A DNA stretch of 64,000 bases from an uncultured Phycisphaerales bacterium (lineage in GTDB: Bacteria > Planctomycetota > Phycisphaerae > Tepidisphaerales > Tepidisphaeraceae). The first letter of the stretch is position 1, and each line of letters begins with the position of its first letter. Below, one piece after another: positions 23,517 to 32,136 of this stretch. The notes beneath the pieces are model-generated. The model had not been told where the DNA came from, searched no databases, and saw nothing but the letters and a program-made list of their open reading frames with translations. The stretch lies in NCBI GenBank assembly GCA_963755915.1, contig CAVWLP010000003.1, forward strand, positions 192,001 to 256,000, given 5' to 3'. Both the position numbers and the translations under genes were made by a program.

Positions 23517-23938
23517 TCGGGAATCCACTTTCGCATGGCTTCATCAATTTCATCGCGAACGCGGCGAAATACTTCGAGCCGTTCGGATTCGCTTCCGGCG
23601 GCGGCGGCAGGGTCATCAAACGGCATGAAGGTTCGGGAGAACGCGCCGGGCCAGAGGCGCGGGCAGGACTGATTGGCATTATCGCAAACGATCAGCACGT
23701 GGCGCACCGGCGACTTGCCCAGAAAATCGCGGACATCTTTGGGCCGCCGGCCGCTGATGTCGATTCCGATTTCGTTCATCACCCGCACGGCCAGCGGATG
23801 TACCTCTGACTTTGGCTGTGTGCCGGCACTGGCGGCAGAGAAGTCATCCGCTTTGTACTTCTTCAAGAATGCCTCGGCCATCTGGCTACGCGCGGAATTG
23901 CCCGTACACAGCACCAGGATCATGGGTTTGTCATCCAT
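23513..23938 (-). CDS. arsC: Arsenate reductase, thioredoxin-coupled LMW-PTP fold
   Basis: CTGNSARSQMAE P-loop, resolving pair CDNANQSCP, FDDP, FRRVRDEI. Confidence 0.9.
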   Translation of the reverse strand: MDDKPMILVLCTGNSARSQMAEAFLKKYKADDFSAASAGTQPKSEVHPLAVRVMNEIGIDISGRRPKDVRDFLGKSPVRHVLIVCDNANQSCPRLWPGAFSRTFMPFDDPAAAAGSESERLEVFRRVRDEIDEAMRKWIPE

Positions 23939-23996
23939 ACGGATTTCCGGATAAAGCCACGCGGCGGTTGTGAACCTGCCGCGTGGGAAATGCTGT

Positions 23997-24074
23997 CTAC
24001 TTTTTGGTTCCGCACGGACAGCCGGGCGGACACTCCGGACAGCAAGAGCAGCAGGTGCAGGACAAAGCAGTCAT
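23997..24074 (-). CDS. 25-aa Cys-rich metallothionein-like peptide (absent from ORF track)
   Basis: MTALSCTCCSCCPECPPGCPCGTKK* (8 Cys); GAGGT RBS just upstream; first ORF after the MerR-type promoter. Confidence 0.7.
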   Translation of the reverse strand: MTALSCTCCSCCPECPPGCPCGTKK

Positions 24075-24141
24075 GGCACACCTCATGGTTAGAGACGGCC
24101 CGGAAGCCATCGCGCGATGGCACAGTTCCGAACCTTGTCAC

Positions 24142-24173
24142 AGTGTAGAGGTTGCACCTTAGTGCAAGGTCAA
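24142..24173 (-). promoter_or_regulatory. MerR-family promoter/operator
   Basis: TTGACC, 20-bp spacer, TACACT, with the dyad TTGCAC-TAAG-GTGCAA in the spacer. Long spacers with an internal dyad are the established MerR/ZntR/CueR architecture. Confidence 0.85.
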
Positions 24174-24616
24174 GGGCTTGCGCGTAGAACAGCGCGGCGA
24201 CGTGCAAATCGCGGATTTGCCGGTCTTGATTCGCTCGATTTCGTTGCACCAGTCGGGGCCGCCCTTGCAGCAGGATTTCAAGGCAATGGACAAGGCCCGG
24301 TCTATGCGCTTCAATTCGCCGAGGCGCTGCTTCACATCCGCAAGGCGGCGCTGAATAGCGCGGCGACTTCATCGCATGGCGGTTCATCCGAGTAGGTCAA
24401 TGCGAGCATTTCGCGAACGTCCTTCAAGCTGAATCCGGTCGCCTGCGCGGCGCGGATAAACTTCAGTCGTTCGGCAGCGCGAGAGGTGTACGTGCGGTAG
24501 TTAGCCTGGGTGCGGGCATCCGGCTTTAACAATCCCCGGCGTTCATAGAACCTGACCGTGGAAGTGGGAACGCCGGCAGCCCTGGCAAGCTCGCCAATTG
24601 TCATTGCGTCTTTCAT
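24159..24616 (-). CDS. MerR-family metal-responsive regulator; frameshift near 24357
   Basis: MTIGELARAAGV..STVRFYERRGLL, YRTY, LKFIRAAQATGFSLKDV, PPC. The corrected C-terminus IQRRLADVKQRL...KSCCKGGPDWC...ICTSPRC...LH* is Cys-rich. Confidence 0.9.
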
Positions 24617-24884
24617 CGTACCCTGGACATCTTTTGGGCGGGCGCGTCGAAAAGCAAGTTGAAACGGCACGCTTCAAAACAGATATAGGACGAAAAGAAA
24701 TAAAAGACCACGGATTACGCGGATGGACTTCGACGAGCGCTCAGTCGAGCGGCACGGATGAAGACAAAGAAATCGTTTTTGAATTCTTATCCGCGAAATC
24801 CGTGAAATCCGCGGTTGAATTAAATTTCCTGGGGATCTAGATGTAGGGCGGAATGCAGATGGCCCGTGAACCACCCCCCCCTCC

Positions 24885-25865
24885 CTAGCCCTCCCCCGGA
24901 GTACCGGGGGCGGGGAAATATGAGAGGGAGAGTGCGGCGAGTTTTTTCTTCGCGCTCGAATCCGCGTAACGCTGCCAGGCATCTGCATGGCCGGCGGGCT
25001 TTACCCGGCGCCCGTGCAGAATCTCGGCGATAATCTCGACCGTCTCGACGATGGTCGTCCCCGAGCGATTGAAATAGAGATTTCCATCCGCCACGGCGAC
25101 TTGACCGCTTCTGACGGCTTTGAGCTGGTCCCATCCTGGCCGACCCTGGAGCATCGGCAACTCACGAAGCGTTTTCTCGATGGCGTAGCCGCAGGGGGCG
25201 ATGATTAAGTGGTCGGGGTCGGCGTCGCGCACGGATTCCCAGGAAATCGGGCGGGAATATTGTCCCTTTTCTCCAAGCAACAGCCAGCCGTTGGCGGCTT
25301 CGACGAGTTCGGGTCCCCAATTGCCCATTGAAAAGATCGGGTCAGTCCACTCGAGCATGACGACCGTCGGTGTGGGCCGGTCTTGTACCGCTTCCGTGAC
25401 GGCTTGGATGCGGGCTCGCATTTGGGCGACGAGCGTTTCGCCCGCCGCGCCAAGATTCATCGCCTGGGCGACGCTTCTGACGCCTGCAAAGATCCCATCG
25501 ACGGAGCCGGCGGTGAGGGCCAACACCTGCGGGGCGAGGAGGCCGCAACCGGCGCGCTGGACATCCTGCGGCGTGACCGCGCATACCTCGCAGTGCGCCT
25601 GTGCAATCAGCAGATCGGGGCGCAGTTCGCGGATGAGGTCCGAATCCACGTGGTAAAGCGGCTCGCCGGCCTTGAGCCGGCGCCGTACCTCGGCGTCTAT
25701 CTTCACGCTGGGCATGTTGACATCGAACGCCGCCCTGGTGCAGGCCGGCAGCTTTCGGACCCAGGGCGGGTTATCGCATTCATGAGATCGACCCACCAGC
25801 GAATCGCCGGCACCGAGGGCACAGACGATTTCCGTCGCGCTGGCTAGAAGTGAAATCACTCTCAT
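24885..25865 (-). CDS. Cobalamin/Fe-siderophore-type periplasmic-binding-fold protein (BtuF-like, no signal peptide)
   Basis: RVISLLASATEIVCALG, VGRSHECD.P, PDLLI.Q..CEVCAV, LEW.DP, DGN.YFNRSG. Confidence 0.8.
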   Translation of the reverse strand: MRVISLLASATEIVCALGAGDSLVGRSHECDNPPWVRKLPACTRAAFDVNMPSVKIDAEVRRRLKAGEPLYHVDSDLIRELRPDLLIAQAHCEVCAVTPQDVQRAGCGLLAPQVLALTAGSVDGIFAGVRSVAQAMNLGAAGETLVAQMRARIQAVTEAVQDRPTPTVVMLEWTDPIFSMGNWGPELVEAANGWLLLGEKGQYSRPISWESVRDADPDHLIIAPCGYAIEKTLRELPMLQGRPGWDQLKAVRSGQVAVADGNLYFNRSGTTIVETVEIIAEILHGRRVKPAGHADAWQRYADSSAKKKLAALSLSYFPAPGTPGEG

Positions 25866-25879
25866 GGCTGGTTCACCTC

Positions 25880-26602
25880 TTACACCGGTGGAATCATTTC
25901 CGCCACCGGCGCCGGCGACGCTTGCGCTCCCTCGGGCAGAAGGTCGGCATAATATCGGCCGTCCCGGATCACGGTCTCACCCACCCGCACGGCCACGGGG
26001 CGGTGGAAAATGGGGCCGTCGTAAACGAAGGAGTGAAATTCACCGTACTCGCCGCAGGGGTCGATTCCGGGCGGCAGATCGCGCAGAAATTCGGCGTCGA
26101 AGGGCCTGCCGACAAATCCCGGTCCCACCTTCCCCTCAACGCAGGAAATGAAGGCCTTGAATCCCATCGCGATCACCTCGCGGGCTAACTGGGTCGTGTC
26201 CCGCTTCCAAACGGGAAAAACTCCCCGCATACCGGCCTTGGCCAGATTGGCCTCACGCCAGGCCCGAAGGTCTTCCAGAAACAGATCTCCAAAGGCGACG
26301 GTTTGGACGCCCCGCGCCTGAAATTTGGCCAGCGCATCGCCCATGATCTGCTCAAAAATTTCGTTGGTGCAGGGATGGGAGCCGCCGGATGGGAAGTAGA
26401 TTTTTTCCAGGGCGATGCCGAGCGCTTCGGCCTGCTGGTCGAGAAGAATTTCGCGCACGCCGTGATGGCTGATCCTGCGATATTCTTCGGATACAGAAAC
26501 GAGCAGCGCCACGATTTCGTACTGGCCGCTCTTGAGCAGCTCATAAACGGCCATGGCGCTGTCTTTACCGCCGCTCCAGGACATGATCACAGGCGTCTTC
26601 AT
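25880..26602 (-). CDS. Adenine nucleotide alpha-hydrolase, Dph6/MJ0570-like ATP-binding protein
   Basis: SWSGGKDS PP-loop, FGDLFLEDLR.WRE, DPCGEYGEFHSFV.DGP.F. Confidence 0.88.
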   Translation of the reverse strand: MKTPVIMSWSGGKDSAMAVYELLKSGQYEIVALLVSVSEEYRRISHHGVREILLDQQAEALGIALEKIYFPSGGSHPCTNEIFEQIMGDALAKFQARGVQTVAFGDLFLEDLRAWREANLAKAGMRGVFPVWKRDTTQLAREVIAMGFKAFISCVEGKVGPGFVGRPFDAEFLRDLPPGIDPCGEYGEFHSFVYDGPIFHRPVAVRVGETVIRDGRYYADLLPEGAQASPAPVAEMIPPV

Positions 26603-26647
26603 CTACTCTTCTCCCGATGGCACGAACCACGGCTCGCTTAACTCTAC

Positions 26648-27040
26648 TTACACGGCCGAGAATTTGTCCAGGCATGACGGACAGAGACAACCTTGGTAAT
26701 CCTGCTCCAGCCGCTTAAGCGTATCGGGGCTGAGGCGAACGGTCTCGCACCAGCAACCGCCATCCGTGCAACAGTCAAAGCCGTTGCCACACTTCGGACA
26801 GACTTTCGCTTGCACGCGTGCGGGACATTCGGCACTGGCAGGCTTACTGTTTGGATACGGACAGTTTCGGCAGCCACTGCCGCAGCACGAGCCGCGAGCG
26901 AGAAGGAAATCGCGCGAGATCGCACCATCCTCGTCAAGAAATGGAAGCAATTGGCCTGCACAAGTTTCACAAACCTCGCGGGACAATGTCTGACGGACCG
27001 CCAGGCACTTTGGGCAGAATCGAAGGATCCTTAGCGGCAT
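26648..27040 (-). CDS. Cys-rich protein (zinc ribbon, DUF5522-like and CWC-like domains)
   Basis: CPKC..CETC, FLLARGSCCGSGCRNCPY, CPKCG..F.C....CWC, CLCPSCL. Confidence 0.75.
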   Translation of the reverse strand: MPLRILRFCPKCLAVRQTLSREVCETCAGQLLPFLDEDGAISRDFLLARGSCCGSGCRNCPYPNSKPASAECPARVQAKVCPKCGNGFDCCTDGGCWCETVRLSPDTLKRLEQDYQGCLCPSCLDKFSAV

Positions 27041-27103
27041 TATTTTGCATGTTACCTGCTATCGATATCCGGTCCAGCTTAGAGCGGTTGCGATTGAAAC
27101 GCG

Positions 27104-27390
27104 TTTAACCGCCAAAACGCCAAGGTCGCCAGGAAAGAAAAGATTTGGAACCGCGGATTGCGCGGATGGACTTCGGCGAGCGCTCAGTCGAGCCGCGCGG
27201 ATAAAGGCAAAGAGACCGTCCTCGAATTCTTATCCGTGCCGGCTCGACTGAGCGCTCGCCGAAGTCCATCCGTGAAATCAGTGGTTATTTTTGTATATTC
27301 TTCGCGCGGTTCGACTGCCTTCGGTTCTGAGGCTCAGGCTCGAAGAGAGCTCACCGAAGTCTCTTGGCGTCCTGGTGGTTAAAAATCTTT
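27104..27390. repeat. Four-level nested repeat composite (C arms, B palindrome, E1 elements, E2 element)
   Basis: E1 at 27169-27194, 27241-27266 and 27308-27361; E2 at 27318-27347 inside E1. Confidence 0.85.
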
Positions 27391-29306
27391 TCAGTTCCGA
27401 CCCAGATGAATCGCCAGCACGGTCACATCCGAGGGCGTGATGCCGCTGATGCGCAGGGCCTGCCCCAAACTGCGGGGATTGAATTTCGTGAACTTCTGCT
27501 TTGCTTCGTTGCGCAGGCCGACGACCCGCGAATAATCCGTGGCCAGCGGGATCAGCTTTGTCTCCAGCTTGGCGAACCGCTCGATTTCGCGGTCCTGGCG
27601 GGCGATGTAGCCTTCGTATTTGATGCGAATTTCCAGACGCTGGGCGACGTCGGGGGAGACGAAGCGGCCAGTTGCGGATAGCGGCGGGTCATCTCTTCAT
27701 GCGCGAAATCCGGGCTGCGGAAAACGGTTTCGGCGCGAAGCTCGCGAATTAACTCGGCGCCGGCGGAAATCGCGTCCCGGCGGGCGGAGAACTGGCGCCA
27801 GCGATGGTCGTCGACCAGGCCGATCTCGCGGCCGATGGGGGTGAGGCGTTCATCGGCGTTGTCGTTGCGAAGATGCAGGCGATGCTCGGCGCGGCTGGTG
27901 AACATGCGATACGGCTCGGTCGGTGGCTTGGTCACCAGGTCGTCGACGAGGACGCCGATGTACGCCTGATCGCGGCGCAGGACGAAATCGGCCTCGCCGC
28001 CGGCGGCATAGCGGGCGGCGTTGATGCCGGCGATGAGGCCCTGGGCGGCGGCCTCTTCGTAGCCGCTGGTGCCGTTGATCTGGCCGGCGAGAAACAGGCC
28101 GGCGATGCGCTTGGTTTGGAGCGTGCTTTGGATCTGCGTCGGCCAGACCATGTCGTATTCGACGGCATAGCCATAGCGGAGAAATTTCGCGTGCTCCAGG
28201 CCGGGGATCAGGCGGACGATGTGTTCCTGCACGTCGGCCGGGAGCGAAGTGCTGATGCCGTTGCAGTAGATTTCGTCGGTGTCGAGGCCTTCGGGCTCGA
28301 GGAAAATCTGATGGCGATCCTTGTCGGCGAAGCGGACGACCTTGTCTTCGATGCTGGGGCAATAGCGCGGGCCGGTGCTTTGAATCTGGCCGGTGTACAT
28401 CGGGGCGCGGTGGAGATTCTGGCGGATGATTTCGTGGATTTCCTGGCACGTGCCGGTGATCCAGCAATTCACCTGCGGCAGCGGAGGGGACCATTCACCC
28501 GCATATTCATTCAAATAGGAAAACGGCGCGGGCCGCTCGTCGCCGGGCTGGTTTTCGAAGGCCGGAAAATCGATCGACTGCCGCTGCAAGCGCGGCGGGG
28601 TGCCGGTCTTGAGGCGGCCCATTTCCAGGCCGAGGTTTTGGAGGCAGGCGGTCAGGCCAGAGGCGGCAGCTTCGCCGACGCGGCCGCCTTCGGTTTGTTT
28701 TTCGCCGGTGTGCATGAGGCCGCGGAGGAAGGTGCCGGTGGTGACGATTGCGGCGCGGCAATGGAGGTGGGTGCCGTCTTTGAGGATGATGGCGCTGACG
28801 GCGGGAGTTGTGCTCGTGCCGAATCCACTGTGTGAGTTTTGGGCTTTGAATTCCGCCGGTGAGGACACCGGCGGCACTCTGGTTGCCGGCGAAGTTGTGG
28901 AGGGAAAAGTAGAGCAGAAGGGCGAGGTGCAAATCTCGGCGACTTCGCCTTGAACGATCGTCAGGTTTGGGCAGGTGTGCAAAAGCTCCTGCACGCGTTT
29001 GGCATATTTGTATTTGTCGGCCTGGGCGCGCGGCCCCCACACTGCCGGGCCCTTGGAGCGATTGAGCATGCGGAACTGAATTCCGGTGTCGTCGGTGGCG
29101 AGGCCCATCAGGCCGCCGAGGGCGTCGATCTCGCGGACCATCTGGCCCTTGGCGAGTCCCCCGATGGCCGGATTGCACGACATCTGGCCGATTTTGGTTT
29201 GGTCCATGGTGATCAGGGCGACGCTGGCGCCGAGGCGGGAGGCAGCCCAGGCGGCTTCGGCGCCGGCGTGACCTCCGCCGATGATGATGATGTCGTAACC
29301 GGCCAT
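27391..29306 (-). CDS. mnmG: tRNA uridine 5-carboxymethylaminomethyl modification enzyme; frameshift near 27660
   Basis: IIGGGHAGAEAA, MSCNPAIGG.AKG, LNRSKGPAV, RLKTGTPPR, GPRYCPSIEDK, AGQINGTSGYEEAAAQG, EPYRMFTSRAE; C-terminus ISGITPSD. Confidence 0.96.
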
Positions 29307-31079
29307 TCCTGGACTACCAAGTCCCCAAATTCGTCGTGCCACAAAATCTTTTCGCCATTATAAGAGCGCTGCTCGCGCATGGCCACGATGGTGAGATCGG
29401 GGGGCTGGGGCGGCATTTTTCCCGCGAGGATCAGGGGAATCCTGTCGGCGGCGGGAAGATACTGGCCGATCGGCTCGGAGATCGGCATGGGGACCTCGGC
29501 GGCCTCCCGCCAGCAGAGATAGGTCGGCCACGTTCCGATGTTATCGACCAGGGTATGGGCCGGGGTATTCTGGCGAATCCAGTCACACATTTGTACATAT
29601 TGCGCGGACGGCTCGAAGAGGTTTTCCATCTGCGCCCATCTGCGAAAATCGACGACCGGCGCAACGAAAATTAAGAGCATGCAAATCCACTGGGGCGCTT
29701 TTAGCCTGGCCCCGAGGCAATTGAGCGCGGCTGCCGCGAACATCGCGAGGAAATAATTCAAATCGGCAAGAAATCGAGAGGGGGTAAAAAATCCTGCCGT
29801 CAGGTGAAATGTGGCGGGAATGACATATTCGCCCAGCACAAACATTACCGCCAGCAGGGTCGAGGCGATGATGACGATCGGGTCGAGCCGGATTTTTCGA
29901 GCGAGGGCCAAGGCGATTCCGGCAAGGGCAAAACCGCTGAGCACATATCCCAGCTCGCGCGGAAGAGTGATCAGCGAAAGGATCGGCTCCCCGGCCGTGG
30001 TCATGCCGGTGGAGTGAAACGTGTTTAAATGAGCGGCGTAGGGGATGAGATAAAATGCGTCCAGGAGGATGCCGCAGATGGCGGCGGTGGCCAGGTTGGG
30101 CCAGCGTTTATCCCGGAGGATCTGCCACAAGGCGATGAAGAGCAAAATCGCCGACGCGGTAATCATGACGTGGTGGTGGACGAGAATAGTGGATGCGAAG
30201 AGCAGGGCCATTGCGACGGTTTGGCGATATTTTGTGGCGCTAGCGAACGAACCCCCTCCCCTGCCCTCCCCTCTTCGAGCCTGAGCCTCTCTTCGAGCCC
30301 GAGCCTCAGAGCCGAGGGCAGAGCCGAAGGCCGGATTACCGGGGGCGGGGGAAAGAGTCAGCATCGCGATGAACAGGAGCATCGCCAGTTCATTGGGCAG
30401 CGCCGCCCAGCGGAAATAATCGATGCTTCCATCCCAGGCCCAAAGGCCATAAATGCCCGCGGCATAAATTGCGATGGTTGCGCTGCCACAAACCCGACGT
30501 GCCAGGAGATACATTTGTGCCGTGGTGAGGACGCCCAGCAGCGGTATGAGATCTTTGAAGACGGTGTGCAGGGGCAAGCCGGAAATCCCCGACAAAAGCA
30601 CCAGCAGCACGTGGCTGCCGGTGGGATAATTCAGCGGCACGCCGGCGAAGGGCCAGCGATCGATGGCGTGGTGAGTGAGCTGAATCTGGCGGGCCAGAAT
30701 CAAATGAAACACCGGATCGAGCCACCCCGCGGGCAAAACCCGTGGGAGCGCGACGGCATAACGGCTAACGCCGACGACGACGAGAATCAAAACCAGCCAG
30801 ATTTGCGAAGGATTTCTGCTTGTGCCAGGGGTCGCGCGTGCCCTCACGCAACCCACGATACAGAGGAGCGTAAAAATTCCCCAAACCGGATAAAACAATC
30901 TCAGATCAAAGTGGCTGACAACGGCCCCAAGGTAGACAGCGCCCGCCAGGCCGAGCGAACTTCCAGTCGCAAACCAGTCCAGCCACCCCTCACCAAGCGC
31001 TGAGAGCGCGAGCCAGACAAATGCCCGGGATTAGAAAAAGTGCGGCGGCCGCGAGAAAGCGGATCAGCTCCATCGCCAT
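29213..31079 (-). CDS. Polytopic membrane protein (GT-C-like, tentative); frameshifts near the 5' end
   Basis: Many TM helices; WLDPVFH and NYPTGSH loop motifs resemble GT-C/DUF6541-like proteins. Contains an in-frame repeat-derived insert. Confidence 0.6.
30252..30352. repeat. Family A REP containing E2, which contains a second E2; lies in-frame inside a CDS
   Basis: Outer E2 is 30271-30288 plus 30319-30330; inner E2 is 30289-30318. Each is 30 nt. Confidence 0.85.
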
Positions 31080-31127
31080 GCGAAAAGAGTGGAAGCGAAG
31101 GAGGGAGGAAATGCAATCGGAGGAATC

Positions 31128-31928
31128 TCACTGACCCGTCGGATCAGGCTCGGTTGCCGGTCCTCCGCCGCCGAAATCCCAGGGATCGAGGAAGGCCTCA
31201 AAGTCGTTGTTGTTGTTCAAGATCAGCTTCATTTCGACGTGCATATCGAGGAACAAGTAGTTGGAACCCAAATGTAATCCGTGGCGCGTTGCATCGATTT
31301 TGCCGTTTTCGTAGTCGCCGTATTCCATGTAGTAGTCGCCGACCGCGGAAACTTTTTCACCCATCAGGATGGCATTAGACGGCGACATGTGGTTCGGCAG
31401 CGGGGTTCCGTATTTTTCGTTGTAGTACGACATGTAGGCATTGAGAATATAGGTGTGCAACCCGTTCGGTGGCGGGTCCGTATTATCTGTTGGACAAGTA
31501 ATCACGCCCGTTTTGTATGACCCCAGCACTACCGACGGCCAGGTGTTGTAGGTGTAGATAGGCCAATACGGCTGATAGGCCGGATTAAGAACCAGATTGG
31601 TTTGTCCGTTGTAAAGCGTCCCACCAATCAGTCCATCGTCGCCGGGTGTCTTATAATAAACCGAATTTGTGCTCCAGCCCATACCCGTCGGAAACAGCCA
31701 GCCGCTCCACTGATCGGCGTACGCGAGCATCGCGACGCCGCATTGCCGCATGTTGCTGGCGCATTGGACGGCTTCGGATTGCTGGCGGGCTTTTGTCAGA
31801 GCCGGCATCAGAAACGAAATGACGACGGCAATGATGCCGATGACCACCAGCAATTCGACCAGCGTAAACCCGGCGCAGAATGATTTGCGACTTCCCATGC
31901 CCGATGATCCTGTGAATGGACGCAACAT
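31128..31928 (-). CDS. Prepilin-type N-terminal cleavage/methylation protein (DUF1559/H-X9-DG type)
   Basis: GFTLVELLVVIGIIAVVISFLMPAL.KAR...C.SN.RQ; C-terminal RH....NYLFLDMH. Confidence 0.88.
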   Translation of the reverse strand: MLRPFTGSSGMGSRKSFCAGFTLVELLVVIGIIAVVISFLMPALTKARQQSEAVQCASNMRQCGVAMLAYADQWSGWLFPTGMGWSTNSVYYKTPGDDGLIGGTLYNGQTNLVLNPAYQPYWPIYTYNTWPSVVLGSYKTGVITCPTDNTDPPPNGLHTYILNAYMSYYNEKYGTPLPNHMSPSNAILMGEKVSAVGDYYMEYGDYENGKIDATRHGLHLGSNYLFLDMHVEMKLILNNNNDFEAFLDPWDFGGGGPATEPDPTGQ

Positions 31929-32136
31929 TCTACCTTCTTTGACGCATGCCGCCAGCAAACATTGCAGGGGCGGGAAACTATATTTGGGGTCACTATATTG
32001 TGGCCGCAGACTCTCAAAACAGGACAAGAAAATCCAAAAATCGCGACAAAATTGCACGGAGTAGTCGGCCTCCAGCCTGAGTTTTGCGGAGTACCGCCCG
32101 GCGGCCTCCAGCCGCCGCTTCCGTTAGAATCCCGGC

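Noticed and set aside
25880-26602. Diphthamide synthesis
   Set aside because: Diphthamide is archaeal and eukaryotic; only the fold is shared.
22499-27390. CRISPR array or classical integron
   Set aside because: No regularly spaced identical repeats with unique spacers, no cas genes, no intI, and no clear RYYYAAC/GTTRRRY attC pairs.
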